A stretch of 64,000 bases of DNA from a virus: positions 32,001 to 96,000 of IMG/VR virus record IMGVR_UViG_3300009128_000003; one strand, 5' to 3'. Shown one piece after another: positions 39,022 through 48,900 of this stretch. Numbering within the stretch: the first letter of the stretch is position 1; every line of letters starts with the position of its first letter. A program made the translations under genes and the position numbers. The notes beneath the pieces are model-generated. The model ran no database searches, was not told where the DNA came from, and saw only the letters and a list, made by a program, of their open reading frames with translations.

Positions 39022-39275
39022 ACATCTTTCAATGCTGCTATAACTTCTTCGCGATTTGCAAGATCCCCTTCTCCGTCCAGAACAATCATTTCTTCCATTC
39101 CATCTACATGCATCATGTCGACAAGCTCAGCATCGGACATATCTTCGATTCCGTGGGGATCGAGGACATCATATGTCTCGTCTTCACCGCCCATATCATG
39201 ATAATGACCCTCGCGCAAAACACTTGAGATCTCTTCTTTGATGATCTGCTTAAGGTATAATTTGGAGAATTTCAT
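39018..39275 (-). CDS. Acidic 85-aa protein with type A leader
   Basis: MKFSKLYLKQIIKEEISSVLREG; ATGA overlap with terL. Confidence 0.75.
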   Translation of the reverse strand: MKFSKLYLKQIIKEEISSVLREGHYHDMGGEDETYDVLDPHGIEDMSDAELVDMMHVDGMEEMIVLDGEGDLANREEVIAALKDV

Positions 39276-39278
39276 TGT

Positions 39279-39830
39279 CTATTCTTTCTTTCTTTTATCG
39301 TTGTCGGGGCGCTTGCCGCCTTCGCCATTCCAGCCACCAAGATCCAAAAACTTTTTCCAGCTAGCCTCTACGGGATTGGTGGAGCCGCTGTTGTCGACGT
39401 TCATTTGCTCGGATAGACCACCAACGCGAAAGTGGAGCTTAGCCACAACCCATGAACGAACACGGGAAGAGTTCTCAACGCGCACATCAGCTTCGCCCTC
39501 TTTGGTCAGCTTGACTGATTCGCCAGTGATTCTCTTATACTCTTTCTTGAGCCATCCAGAAATATCAACAAGTCTTTGCTCAATCTCTTCTTCAAATCCG
39601 CCGGCATAAACCTCTCTGAGTTGAATATCGGACTGATATGTGAGACACATCATGTCTCCGTAAAACTTCACGTTGAAGCCGTCCATGACCCTCTGATCGA
39701 TAAGGGCGTTGCCCTCTTCTCTGCGCAGGGCGCCTACGGTTACTGGCGACTGATCTTCTCCAAGCGCACCGTCATATGCGTTTGCTGCGGCTTGTGATAA
39801 GCCTTGAACTATTTCGTAAACTGTTGCCAT
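39279..39830 (-). CDS. Hypothetical protein
   Basis: 183-aa ORF in the operon upstream of terL. Confidence 0.75.
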   Translation of the reverse strand: MATVYEIVQGLSQAAANAYDGALGEDQSPVTVGALRREEGNALIDQRVMDGFNVKFYGDMMCLTYQSDIQLREVYAGGFEEEIEQRLVDISGWLKKEYKRITGESVKLTKEGEADVRVENSSRVRSWVVAKLHFRVGGLSEQMNVDNSGSTNPVEASWKKFLDLGGWNGEGGKRPDNDKRKKE

Positions 39831-40135
39831 TATTGGGGTTCTCCTTGTGGTGCTGCGGCGGCAGCTCTTTGGTCTTTCTGAACAGCGGTCTTCACTTGTG
39901 TTAGTAGCGATGGATCGATGTCAAGCGTCTGCATCAAGCCTTTTAAAAATTCTACTTGGGCGCTGCGGCTAACCTTCGATAGGCGCACACCCACCTGCTC
40001 GATAAACTTCTGCACTGCTTGGTTCTTGACGGTCGTCTTTGCAGAGCCGCCGAGGTCCGAGACGGCAGTTCCGATGTCGGACTCAGCAATTGCTTCTCTA
40101 ATAATTTGTTTAAGTTGTGATTTATTGATTCTCAT
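39830..40135 (-). CDS. 101-aa protein with type A leader
   Basis: MRINKSQLKQIIREAIAES. Confidence 0.75.
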   Translation of the reverse strand: MRINKSQLKQIIREAIAESDIGTAVSDLGGSAKTTVKNQAVQKFIEQVGVRLSKVSRSAQVEFLKGLMQTLDIDPSLLTQVKTAVQKDQRAAAAAPQGEPQ

Positions 40136-40508
40136 TTGGTCTCCAGCCTTTTTTCCATCTTTCTTCTCTATCTTCTACATATTCAATGTAACAATTATTG
40201 CAACAATCAAATTTTACAAGACAGACATCATCCATTGCACTCTTTGGAAAATTTCCGCAGACAGGACAAGTTTTTAAAGATTCTCTATTAAGTAGTTTTT
40301 TTGTAACCTTTATCCCATTAACGTCGACTTTTTCTTCCCACTCTTTATTCTTAGAAGCGTGGCGATAGAGTTCTTTCATTTGCTGAAGATATTCTTTTTC
40401 TTTGGTCTCGTCCCAATCGGACCGAGGATTTTTAATGGCTTCTTCACCATATTTCGCAGCGATTGCGCGCTCAATGGCAGCTACCTCATTTAAATCTTTC
40501 TCACTCAT
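40122..40508 (-). CDS. Zinc-finger protein
   Basis: CPVC...C..FDCCNNCYIEYVE..W; start placed at MSEKD. Confidence 0.7.
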   Translation of the reverse strand: MSEKDLNEVAAIERAIAAKYGEEAIKNPRSDWDETKEKEYLQQMKELYRHASKNKEWEEKVDVNGIKVTKKLLNRESLKTCPVCGNFPKSAMDDVCLVKFDCCNNCYIEYVEDREERWKKGWRPNENQ

Positions 40509-40932
40509 TAAACACCTTATATGCACCGTAGCTTAGTGCTATTCCAGATGCTACCCCAATTGTCACCCAAAGTGCAGGATTTTTTTTACTTTGTTTTTTA
40601 AGAGCATTTGCTAGCGCACCACTCTCGCGTTCTAGCGAATCAATTCGTAAAACATATTCTTGCAAAAGGGCTTCGTGGCGAATCTGTAAGTTTTGTAATT
40701 GTAGATCATAGTCTGCTGCTTGTATATCCAGTTGATATTTCATCCTTATCTCGCAATCGTTATTTAAGGCAAACCGATCCGCAAGGATGTGAGCGGTTGC
40801 TTTTGGGTCGAACAGGACACCCTCGTATGGCGCGCATTGATTTTTCCCCAAAAAGGTAAACCTTCCGTTGTCGGCGCCGAGTGCCGGATTACTCAGCAGT
40901 GCGCTCAAAGCCATAAGTATTAACAATCTCAT
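40501..40932 (-). CDS. Spanin-like partner (signal peptide, coiled coil, C-terminal TM)
   Basis: Overlaps the 3' end of the i-spanin-like gene; no lipobox Cys. Confidence 0.5.
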   Translation of the reverse strand: MRLLILMALSALLSNPALGADNGRFTFLGKNQCAPYEGVLFDPKATAHILADRFALNNDCEIRMKYQLDIQAADYDLQLQNLQIRHEALLQEYVLRIDSLERESGALANALKKQSKKNPALWVTIGVASGIALSYGAYKVFNE

Positions 40933-41275
40933 TGGCTAAATCCTCCGGGTTCGATGAATAGCTTTTCTCTAAACGATCTCTTTTCTGTTTTTTTAATCTT
41001 TCGACTTCTTCTTGAGATTCTAAATAGCCTCTTTCGATTTCTTCAAGAGTTGTACGGTAGCTCCTCAATGCCGCGTCTCGCTTCTTAAGTTCTTCCTCGT
41101 GAATCTTTTGTAAACCCTCTACTTGTTCTTGGAGGCTTTGTTGCGAAATCTCATACGCTTTATTAAGCGCACGATAATCAAGCTGTGTCTTAATTACAAC
41201 TGCAAGGAGGGAGCCAACGACCAGCAGTTCTCGCCAGTACTTTAAACCAAATTTAATTACTGCCGACCAATTCAC
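40889..41275 (-). CDS. Inner-membrane spanin-like (Rz-like) protein
   Basis: Single N-terminal TM then long coiled coil; follows holin. Confidence 0.6.
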   Translation of the reverse strand: MNWSAVIKFGLKYWRELLVVGSLLAVVIKTQLDYRALNKAYEISQQSLQEQVEGLQKIHEEELKKRDAALRSYRTTLEEIERGYLESQEEVERLKKQKRDRLEKSYSSNPEDLANEIVNTYGFERTAE

Positions 41276-41469
41276 GCGACACCCTTAAGTTTAGCGATAC
41301 CATCGATGACAGTTTGACCCCCAATGTAAATTGCTGAAATAATTACCCAGTCGCCCGACTGTAAGTCTGAAAATGCGAGGAGTCCTGTTGCGGTTAGCCA
41401 TACAAGAAACTTCCGAGAAATCATTTTCTCGACTAATCTGTCTAGTTTGCCTTGTACATATTCCATCAT
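41272..41469 (-). CDS. Putative holin
   Basis: 65 aa, two TM helices, ISRKFLVWL, basic C-term. Confidence 0.65.
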   Translation of the reverse strand: MMEYVQGKLDRLVEKMISRKFLVWLTATGLLAFSDLQSGDWVIISAIYIGGQTVIDGIAKLKGVA

Positions 41470-41512
41470 CTTGTCTCCAATTATTAGCTTAAACTAAGCC
41501 TTCCTCTTCCGG

Positions 41513-42370
41513 TCATGCGTCTTCTTCCACTTTGGATGTACACATCTCTTCTGCCTCTGCTGCGGATAAGCTGTCTGCTCTTTCATCGGCGGGCTTGTCT
41601 TTTTGTGCGCAAGCCCAGCGGCGTTGCTTCTCGGAAGACACCTCTTCTAAGCCGTAATCTTGTTCAATATTTTCGCTAGCTGCGTCCATGAGTTGTGCCA
41701 CCATATCGGCTAGTTGTTGTAATTCCTCTGGGTCTCCGGTGTCTAAGGCAGCTATTAATTTCATCAACTCTGTTCTTGTTGGTTCTGAGCGCTGGGCGAT
41801 CCCTGCGCGAGAGAGAGTGCGAGCTACTGGAGCCATTCTGCCCGTACCTAGCGCCTCTGCGATCTCTTGTTCGATGATCTCGGCTAATTCCGCCGGCGGT
41901 TGAATCTTCTTCTTGCGGGCGGCTCTGCCAAACGCTGCCTGTCCATACCCAAGAGAGAGAGGATCTTCGCCGGTAACAGAAGCGGCTAAGTAATCAACAC
42001 TAACATCTAAGTTATCAATCTTGTCTGCTAATTTATTGATCGCGCTTAAAAGGGCGGAATCGGTACTCATTTCTTCTTTGATTACTTTTATCAAGCTCTC
42101 TTCGAAGCCGATGCGCTCTGGTGCTCTATTGGATACTTCTTCAGGTTCCCTATCAAAGCCAATTTGTTGGGTCGCTTCCGGCTCTTCACTTGTTTCGGGT
42201 GGCGGACTGCCTCCCTCCATCTCCTTGAAGACAGTGGTGAAAACAACACCCACCAACTCCGGATCCATGCCGTCGACGAGACTGCTGATTCCGCCGATTA
42301 AATTCTCAATCGGAAGCGAGTCGATATTCTCTCGTATAATTTCTTTGAGTTGTGATTTTGTGATTTTCAT
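41513..42370 (-). CDS. 285-aa acidic protein with type A leader
   Basis: Start placed at MKITKSQLKEIIRE; internal IKVIKEE and AEIIEQEIAE; C-term LEEVSSEKQRRWAC. Confidence 0.75.
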   Translation of the reverse strand: MKITKSQLKEIIRENIDSLPIENLIGGISSLVDGMDPELVGVVFTTVFKEMEGGSPPPETSEEPEATQQIGFDREPEEVSNRAPERIGFEESLIKVIKEEMSTDSALLSAINKLADKIDNLDVSVDYLAASVTGEDPLSLGYGQAAFGRAARKKKIQPPAELAEIIEQEIAEALGTGRMAPVARTLSRAGIAQRSEPTRTELMKLIAALDTGDPEELQQLADMVAQLMDAASENIEQDYGLEEVSSEKQRRWACAQKDKPADERADSLSAAEAEEMCTSKVEEDA

Positions 42371-42374
42371 GTTG

Positions 42375-42698
42375 TTAACCCATACCTTGCTTTTCAAATT
42401 TTGCAATCCAACGAAGGGCGTGACGTAGCTTATCTGATGGTTTGTTGCCGGGGAGGTCCGAATCCAGCAAGAAACTATGCAATTCGTAATAGGCATCGTA
42501 AGAAGCTTCTTGTTCTTCATCGGAGAGTGGTTCAATATCAATGGAGCCGCCAGTAAATCTTTCTTCTTCGGGCGGTGTGTGGACCGGGCGTTCCCATGCA
42601 GGAAGGCGCGCCTCCTCAATCTCTTCTTTAATAATATCAGTCTTCTCGTCCATAAAGTAACGAGGATCAATGAACTTCTTGTTTTTTCTAAATGCCAT
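42375..42698 (-). CDS. 107-aa protein with type C leader
   Basis: MAFRKNKKFIDPRYFMDEKTDIIKEEIEE. Confidence 0.75.
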   Translation of the reverse strand: MAFRKNKKFIDPRYFMDEKTDIIKEEIEEARLPAWERPVHTPPEEERFTGGSIDIEPLSDEEQEASYDAYYELHSFLLDSDLPGNKPSDKLRHALRWIAKFEKQGMG

Positions 42699-42720
42699 TA
42701 TATTATTCCTTTTATATTTA

Positions 42721-43185
42721 TTATCGGCTTGCTAAATCTTGTTCAGCACTATCCATTTCATCCTTGTGGCGCTCAAGCCAACGCTCAGCTTCTTCATCAG
42801 AAAGATCATGAGTTAAACTCTTTAGCGCTTCCTTAGCACTTAGTCCTGTTTTCATCATCTTTTTAACGACGTGAGAGGCTGAATGTGGTTCAGCTGCTTC
42901 ATTCATTTCTTGTCGGCTTGCTAACTCTTTGTACATCTCTTCTGTGTCGTTATACATTGACAATTTGCCGTCTTGGTGCTTTACTATAATAGAAGGCTTT
43001 CCATCGCTAGCAATCTCAACGAAGGCTTCGACATTAAACTTGTCAGCCAAGTCTTGTACCTCTTCGTCCCTAATTTCTTCGGGGCTCATGTAATCTTCGC
43101 CAGTATCAATATCGGCAACAGCACGACCGGGTTCGTATGCTGCTTCGTTTGTGTACTTTCGCCAATTTTCAAATAGTTTGTTCAT
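42721..43185 (-). CDS. 154-aa protein with type B leader
   Basis: Start placed at MNKLFENWRKYTNE; ATGA overlap with the tubulin stop. Confidence 0.75.
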   Translation of the reverse strand: MNKLFENWRKYTNEAAYEPGRAVADIDTGEDYMSPEEIRDEEVQDLADKFNVEAFVEIASDGKPSIIVKHQDGKLSMYNDTEEMYKELASRQEMNEAAEPHSASHVVKKMMKTGLSAKEALKSLTHDLSDEEAERWLERHKDEMDSAEQDLASR

Positions 43186-44330
43186 GTTGCTAATCCATTC
43201 ATACTTAGTATCGCAATCAATCCGGGCACATTCTTGCGCACGTAAACGCCAGAGAAAAGTGTCTCGCACCGACCGCCGACATAAGCGATTGCAGACTCAA
43301 TGTTTTTACTGACCTTTGGGTCAGCCACCATCTCTTCCGAGACCACCAACACTAACGAACCGGCGCCTGCCTTCCCCTTGGGGGGCGGACACGCAGAACG
43401 ATTCATACAGTTATGAAGGATCACCGATCCAAGCTTTGCTGTATTTGGATCTTTTATCATTGTTGAGCCCATAAAGGCTCTGCCATTATTGCTCAAGCAA
43501 GTTTCCAAATCTTTAGAATCGAAAGATTGGATCGGTGAATCCTCGGTGGAGAGTTTTAAAACTTGAGCAAGTGACTTAGCAAATGTTGTGTTAGCGACAG
43601 GATACATGCCAAGCATGCCGATTCTGCCGCGGAGTAATCGTGTGGCACGTTCGTTGTCGAGAACGATGTGCGGATGGCGGGCAACGTCATTCACGAGCGT
43701 AAGCGCGTTGCGAGCGATAGTCGGGTTCAGTGCCTCTTGCGCGGTTGGCCAAGAAACAATATAGACCACTTTTCCAGAAGCCTGAACTGATTGCATATAT
43801 CTTTCGAAGACTGGCTGCAGCGCGGTTACCGAACTGCCGGTTCCGCCGCCTCCACCAGCCATAACGAAAAGCCAATCGACTTTTCCAAGCTTAATACGAA
43901 GTGCATCTTCAACGATGGCGCCATTTTGGGAAAGAATCTCTTTGCCGTAAACGACGTTCTTTCCGATGCCGTCGCTATCGGGGATAAGAACGACGTGATC
44001 TTCTTCGACGTTCTTCGGAATGTCTTTCCCTGTGGAGTTTACCATCAGTGTTTTGTTGAATCCAAGTTCAATGAAGGCGTTCGCCATTTTGTTGCCTCCG
44101 CCGCCAACGCCAACAAAGCCCACATTAATCGAAGAAGGGGCAGTGTTTTCTGGGAGGAGATCTTCATCAGAATATTCCATCTGGAGACCGAAGTCCTCAA
44201 CCATGCCGAAATCCTCTGCTGCGACTTCTTCGTGATAGTGGTCTTTCTCCTGATTAAAGGAGGGTGGTGGCTCTGCGGGAGGCAGAAAATCAAATTCGTT
44301 TTTGTCATCTTTATTTTCGTTATCAGACAT
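43182..44330 (-). CDS. Tubulin/FtsZ-family GTPase (PhuZ/TubZ-like)
   Basis: VGVGGGGNK loop, signature GGGGGTGS, LDNE, T7-loop FDSKDL. Confidence 0.9.
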   Translation of the reverse strand: MSDNENKDDKNEFDFLPPAEPPPSFNQEKDHYHEEVAAEDFGMVEDFGLQMEYSDEDLLPENTAPSSINVGFVGVGGGGNKMANAFIELGFNKTLMVNSTGKDIPKNVEEDHVVLIPDSDGIGKNVVYGKEILSQNGAIVEDALRIKLGKVDWLFVMAGGGGGTGSSVTALQPVFERYMQSVQASGKVVYIVSWPTAQEALNPTIARNALTLVNDVARHPHIVLDNERATRLLRGRIGMLGMYPVANTTFAKSLAQVLKLSTEDSPIQSFDSKDLETCLSNNGRAFMGSTMIKDPNTAKLGSVILHNCMNRSACPPPKGKAGAGSLVLVVSEEMVADPKVSKNIESAIAYVGGRCETLFSGVYVRKNVPGLIAILSMNGLAT

Positions 44331-44345
44331 TGTTTATTCCTTATT

Positions 44346-45371
44346 TTACTGGTTTTCGTCTTCGGGATTGGGACCCTTTTGCTGGCGACCAAGTGCGTTC
44401 CCTACCGTAACCAAAAGAGGGATGACTGCATCGGCTGGCGCCTTAACAATATGAACGCCGGTATGCTGAAGTGCACCACCGGTACCGATAAGGGCGCCTG
44501 ACCAACGATGGTGACCGTCGAGAATCTTTCCATCACTAGTGACAAAGGCTCCGCCCATATCTTTGAGTTGTTTTGCTGGATTGTTGTATGCAAATAATAG
44601 TGACTTAGCTGCCAAAATATTACTTTGCGTTGGAATCATTTTTGAGTTTGTGGCGCCGGCGTCTTTTTCAACGGCTACAGCGTCACCCGGCGCGCCGTCG
44701 AGCATCCCTTTGGTTAAGAACGCCAATGCGGCGCCCTTAATATTTTTAAGATTGATTTGTTCTTTTTCTCCAACAGCGGGGGCGCCGGGCATTGGACCTT
44801 TTCCAAATCGTGGAAACTTGTCTTCACTGACGTTTTGTTGGGGGGTCTGTTGGGTTGCTTGCTGTACTTGTTCTACAGATGGGATCTTCCCTGCTTCGTA
44901 CATCTGTTTAATCGGCTCGGGTAGTGCCTCCCACCACTCTTTAAAGCTTTCGATTTGGTTCGCAAATTTCGAACTTAGATCAACTCCCAAGGCGCCATCT
45001 TGATCGCTTAGTGCATCTACTACTGCATCGGCGTCTCCGCCCTCCAGAGCAGGCATATTAAATTTAGCTGTTTTTGCTGTAGAGATCAGTTTTTGAACTT
45101 GTTGAACTCTCGCTATGAAGGCTTCTTGTCCAATCTGCCCAAACCTTTGTTTAACTTGTTCTGGGGTGCCCAAGACGCCGCTTGCCCAGCCAGTGGCATT
45201 TTTCATCGCATTATAGAGCGGACTCTCCTGTCCGGACACAAGCTGCCTCCAGAGTTCATCAGCCTTGACGGCTCCAATATTAGTATCGGGAGTTATTTGG
45301 GCAAATCCTTGTTGTGCGGCTTCTTCTTGTTCATTAACAAATTTACGCCAGTTTTCCATTAAAAGTTTCAC
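44346..45371 (-). CDS. ParB/sulfiredoxin-fold protein with type B leader
   Basis: MKLLMENWRKFVNE leader; C-term MIPTQ..FVTSDGKILDGHHRW. Confidence 0.75.
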   Translation of the reverse strand: MKLLMENWRKFVNEQEEAAQQGFAQITPDTNIGAVKADELWRQLVSGQESPLYNAMKNATGWASGVLGTPEQVKQRFGQIGQEAFIARVQQVQKLISTAKTAKFNMPALEGGDADAVVDALSDQDGALGVDLSSKFANQIESFKEWWEALPEPIKQMYEAGKIPSVEQVQQATQQTPQQNVSEDKFPRFGKGPMPGAPAVGEKEQINLKNIKGAALAFLTKGMLDGAPGDAVAVEKDAGATNSKMIPTQSNILAAKSLLFAYNNPAKQLKDMGGAFVTSDGKILDGHHRWSGALIGTGGALQHTGVHIVKAPADAVIPLLVTVGNALGRQQKGPNPEDENQ

Positions 45372-45898
45372 TGTTTTTTATCTCCTTGAATCTCTTGTAG
45401 CACTTCTCTAATAATGTCCTTAATCTTCTCTATGGATTCGCCGTAAGCAAGGTTAGATGAACCAACAGCGCTGGATGCGCGATGGGCAGGGGATTTATCA
45501 CGTCGATACGACGACGACGATGACGACGATCTTCCAGAGCCGCGCTTCTTCCTGGCTTGCTCAATATCCCATTGAGCCTGTCGATGTTGTTCGGAGTCAG
45601 CTACATGCTTGGTTCTCCATTTTAAGAAGTCCTGGTAAGCCTCATATGAACTCGTATCGTCGAAGTTCTGTCCTCGGGCATCTTCCCACTTGAATTGACC
45701 GGCGGCGCCTCCACTACGAAATTCTTCATAGTCTTCGCGCTCATCTTCTGGGACATTTGCCATTGGATCGGCTGCTGGGGCTGCTTTCTTGCCGCCAAGA
45801 CCGAGGGCGCCCTTGATAGAGTCCACAAAACCCTCATCGACGGTGTTTTCTATTTCTTCTCTGATTACGCTTCGAAGCTGCGATTTGGTAATTTTCAT
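45368..45898 (-). CDS. 176-aa protein with type A leader
   Basis: MKITKSQLRSVIREEIENTVDEG; second tag-like copy at C-term (IKDIIREVLQE). Confidence 0.75.
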   Translation of the reverse strand: MKITKSQLRSVIREEIENTVDEGFVDSIKGALGLGGKKAAPAADPMANVPEDEREDYEEFRSGGAAGQFKWEDARGQNFDDTSSYEAYQDFLKWRTKHVADSEQHRQAQWDIEQARKKRGSGRSSSSSSSYRRDKSPAHRASSAVGSSNLAYGESIEKIKDIIREVLQEIQGDKKQ

Positions 45899-45910
45899 GC
45901 TGTTGACTCC

Positions 45911-48900
45911 TTATTGGTTTACTCTTGCATATCCATTTTTCTTTTCAATTACAATTTGCATGTCAACACAGTCTTTGAGCGAATCAAGGTGCGAGATCAA
46001 CAAAACGTTCTTAAAATACACTTTAATTAGTTCTAAGATCCTAATAAAACCTTCCATATTTTCTTCATCTAATGCTGTGCCGGGCTCGTCGAGGATGAAT
46101 AAGTCGCTTTTGGGCAGTGAAGAGACACTCAGAAGAGCCAAACGAATTGCCATCGCCGCCATGGTTTTCTCTGCGCCAGACGCCATTTCAATAGGGCGCT
46201 CGTCGTATAGAGGGTGCTTGATAAAGATGTCAAACTTATTACCAGAACTCTCAAAGAAAATTTCAAAATCTACAATATTTGCCAACACCTTCGCTATCTC
46301 TTGATTGATAACAGGAATCTTCTTTTTAATCACATCGTATGCAATTCCGTTTGGGTGCATGCACTGCATAAACAGATCGTAGGCTGCATATGAGTTCTGT
46401 AGTTCTTTGTATTCAGTTTGTTGCTCTCGCAAGTTTTCAATCTTTTGTTCGCAAGAACCAACGAGTTTAACGATATCTAAAGTCTCTTGTTCGCAAGTCG
46501 TTATCTCATTCTGCTTACTGTTCATGTCTTTTTGGTGCTTATCTTTTTCCTTTATAAGTTTCTCAAGATTCTCAATTGCTTCTTTATTTTCTTCGTATTC
46601 CTTAATTTGATTAGTAATATCTTTCAAAGATAATTCTATCTTAGATTTTGTAGCCTTGTTGCGCTCTCGCTTAAGCTTCAACTCAGAAATCTCTTTTTCA
46701 AAATTTAAAGACTTTATTTGTAAAGCGTTGTGTTCTTCAATCTCCAACTCGATTTCTTCGGGATTTAATGCGCTGCGGGCTTCTATGGACTTATCGCGCT
46801 CGTTAGCTGCAATATCCCTTGTGGCAACTGAGACGTGTGCATCTCTAATAAACTTGCACGTTGGGAACGAATCACCGCACGGGATTCCCTCTAGCAGCTT
46901 CTGTTTCTTAACGATACTCTCTAGTTCTTGATTTAACGAGGCAATCGTTTCATCTAATTTCTCAATCGACAACTTATTCTCAAGGTTCTTCTGGTGATCT
47001 ATCGCGCCGAGTAGCTTCTCGGTTGCCGCGATTTCCTCGCTCTTGAGAGATATGAACTGCGATTGTTCTTTGATTGTTTCGCCCAAAGCAACAATAGAAT
47101 TAACTTTCTTTTTGTGCTCTTTGCGCAAGTTAGTAATGTCCACCACTTCCGAGGGAGTCGCTTTGATTTGTTCTTCCAATAAGCGCACAACATCCGTCAA
47201 TGTATTAAGCTTAATACGCAAGGATTCACAGAGGCTCTTGTTCTTCTCTGATTTGTTCTGATACTTATTCAACTCCTTCGTGGCGGCGGTGATGTCTGCC
47301 CCATAGTCTCGGTCTTCGTGCTTCTTAATCAAGACTTTGGCTTCTACCGAGTCTTCCTTGGACATCCTAAACTTCTTTTCAAAAATCTCCAGGTCCAAGA
47401 ACTTAGCAATGATCTCTTTACGTCGAGTAGAGCCCTCATCAATAAATGCTAACGCACCATGCTGCGAGGCTAGCGAAGATACCATGAAATCATCGATAGA
47501 ACCAAAATGCTTTCTGATAATTGCATCTGTCTGATTTCGCGTTGTTCCGTTCAGAGATGTTGTTTCTTCGGTGATGCGATCATATACTTCAAAATTCAAA
47601 TCGGTTTTGGCTTCTAGGGTTTCCTCGCCCTTAAGCCTCTTAACGTACTTCTCTGATTTCCTTTCAACCGTATAGACCTTATTGTTTGACTCGATAGTGA
47701 GCTTGCCTGCGCATGAATCTCTGTTCTGATTAATGACGTTTAAGTTTTTGCGTTCGTTCTTGGACGTCGTATTAAACAAAGTATATAATGCAGCATCAAT
47801 CACAGAACTCTTTCCGGAAAAGTTCTTTCCAAAGATGCCGATGATACCACCCATATTTTCAAAATTAATTGAATTGTCTGTTCCATAATTAAACAGATTG
47901 TCAAACTCAAAGGTCTTAAGTTTCCAGTTTACATTGCGCGAGACTTCCTCTGTCTCCTCAATAATTTTGTTGTAAGCCCGATTGAGTTCATAAACTTTTT
48001 CGAGCGTCTCAGAGGGCACCTGATAGTCCTTAAGGTACTCATCGATAAGTTCTTCCTGAATCTTTGGATCTCGCAAGTTCTCGGTCTTGAGTCCGTCTGT
48101 AATATCTTCAACATTTCCGCGTTCACCGGTGGCTCTGTTCAAAAACGAGATGCTCTCCGGTTTGAATCGGTGTTTGGCGATATCCATTGCGCGCTTCATC
48201 ACATTGAGCGGAAGATTGTTGTTGCTCACCAAGCGCAGACGAGCGCCGGTTGGCACATCAATCTTGCGTGGCATGCGCCCCTTCATCGTTAAAGGAATTG
48301 TAAAGAATGGCTTTGGATTCTTAAGCACAATGGGCTCGATTTCCCAATCATCCTTTGACTGGATATCCCAGATGAGAATCCCCTTATCATTTGTTTCGCC
48401 ATGATTCTGCTGTACAGTTGAGCCGGCATACCAAACGCGACCTACTTCATCTAAATATTGACGACGGTGAATATCGCCGAGCATGGCGAAATCAAAGTCT
48501 TCAAAGATAGTTAGAGTATCTTCGCCATTTCTCATTGTCCAGTTCATGTCAGTCTTACAGTTGCTGATTGAGCCGTGATACAGGGCGATGTTGATTTTAT
48601 CAGTATCGCTTGGCTTTGTCCAATTATCTCGATCAAAGACTGAAAGCACATTCAAACAGAACTTATCGTCTATGTGGGTTTCGCCAGATTCTTTGAGCAG
48701 ATGCAGAGCTGGCAAGTTTAACGCATCTACAATCGGCGTCAATGCGTCTTGGCGACTACTATTCTTTAGATTGCCATCGTGGTTGCCCAATATAATATAT
48801 GTGGGTGCAATCTCCGCTAAACTGCGGAAGAAATCAGAACACATTTCCACAAACTCTGGTGAGATCTGTGTCTTTGTGTGTGCGATATCTCCGCAATGAA

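Noticed and set aside
43182-44330. Tubulin as evidence of a nucleus-forming phage or a host ftsZ
   Set aside because: No chimallin or phage RNA polymerase is visible here, and there is no FtsZ C-terminal peptide or cell-division gene context.
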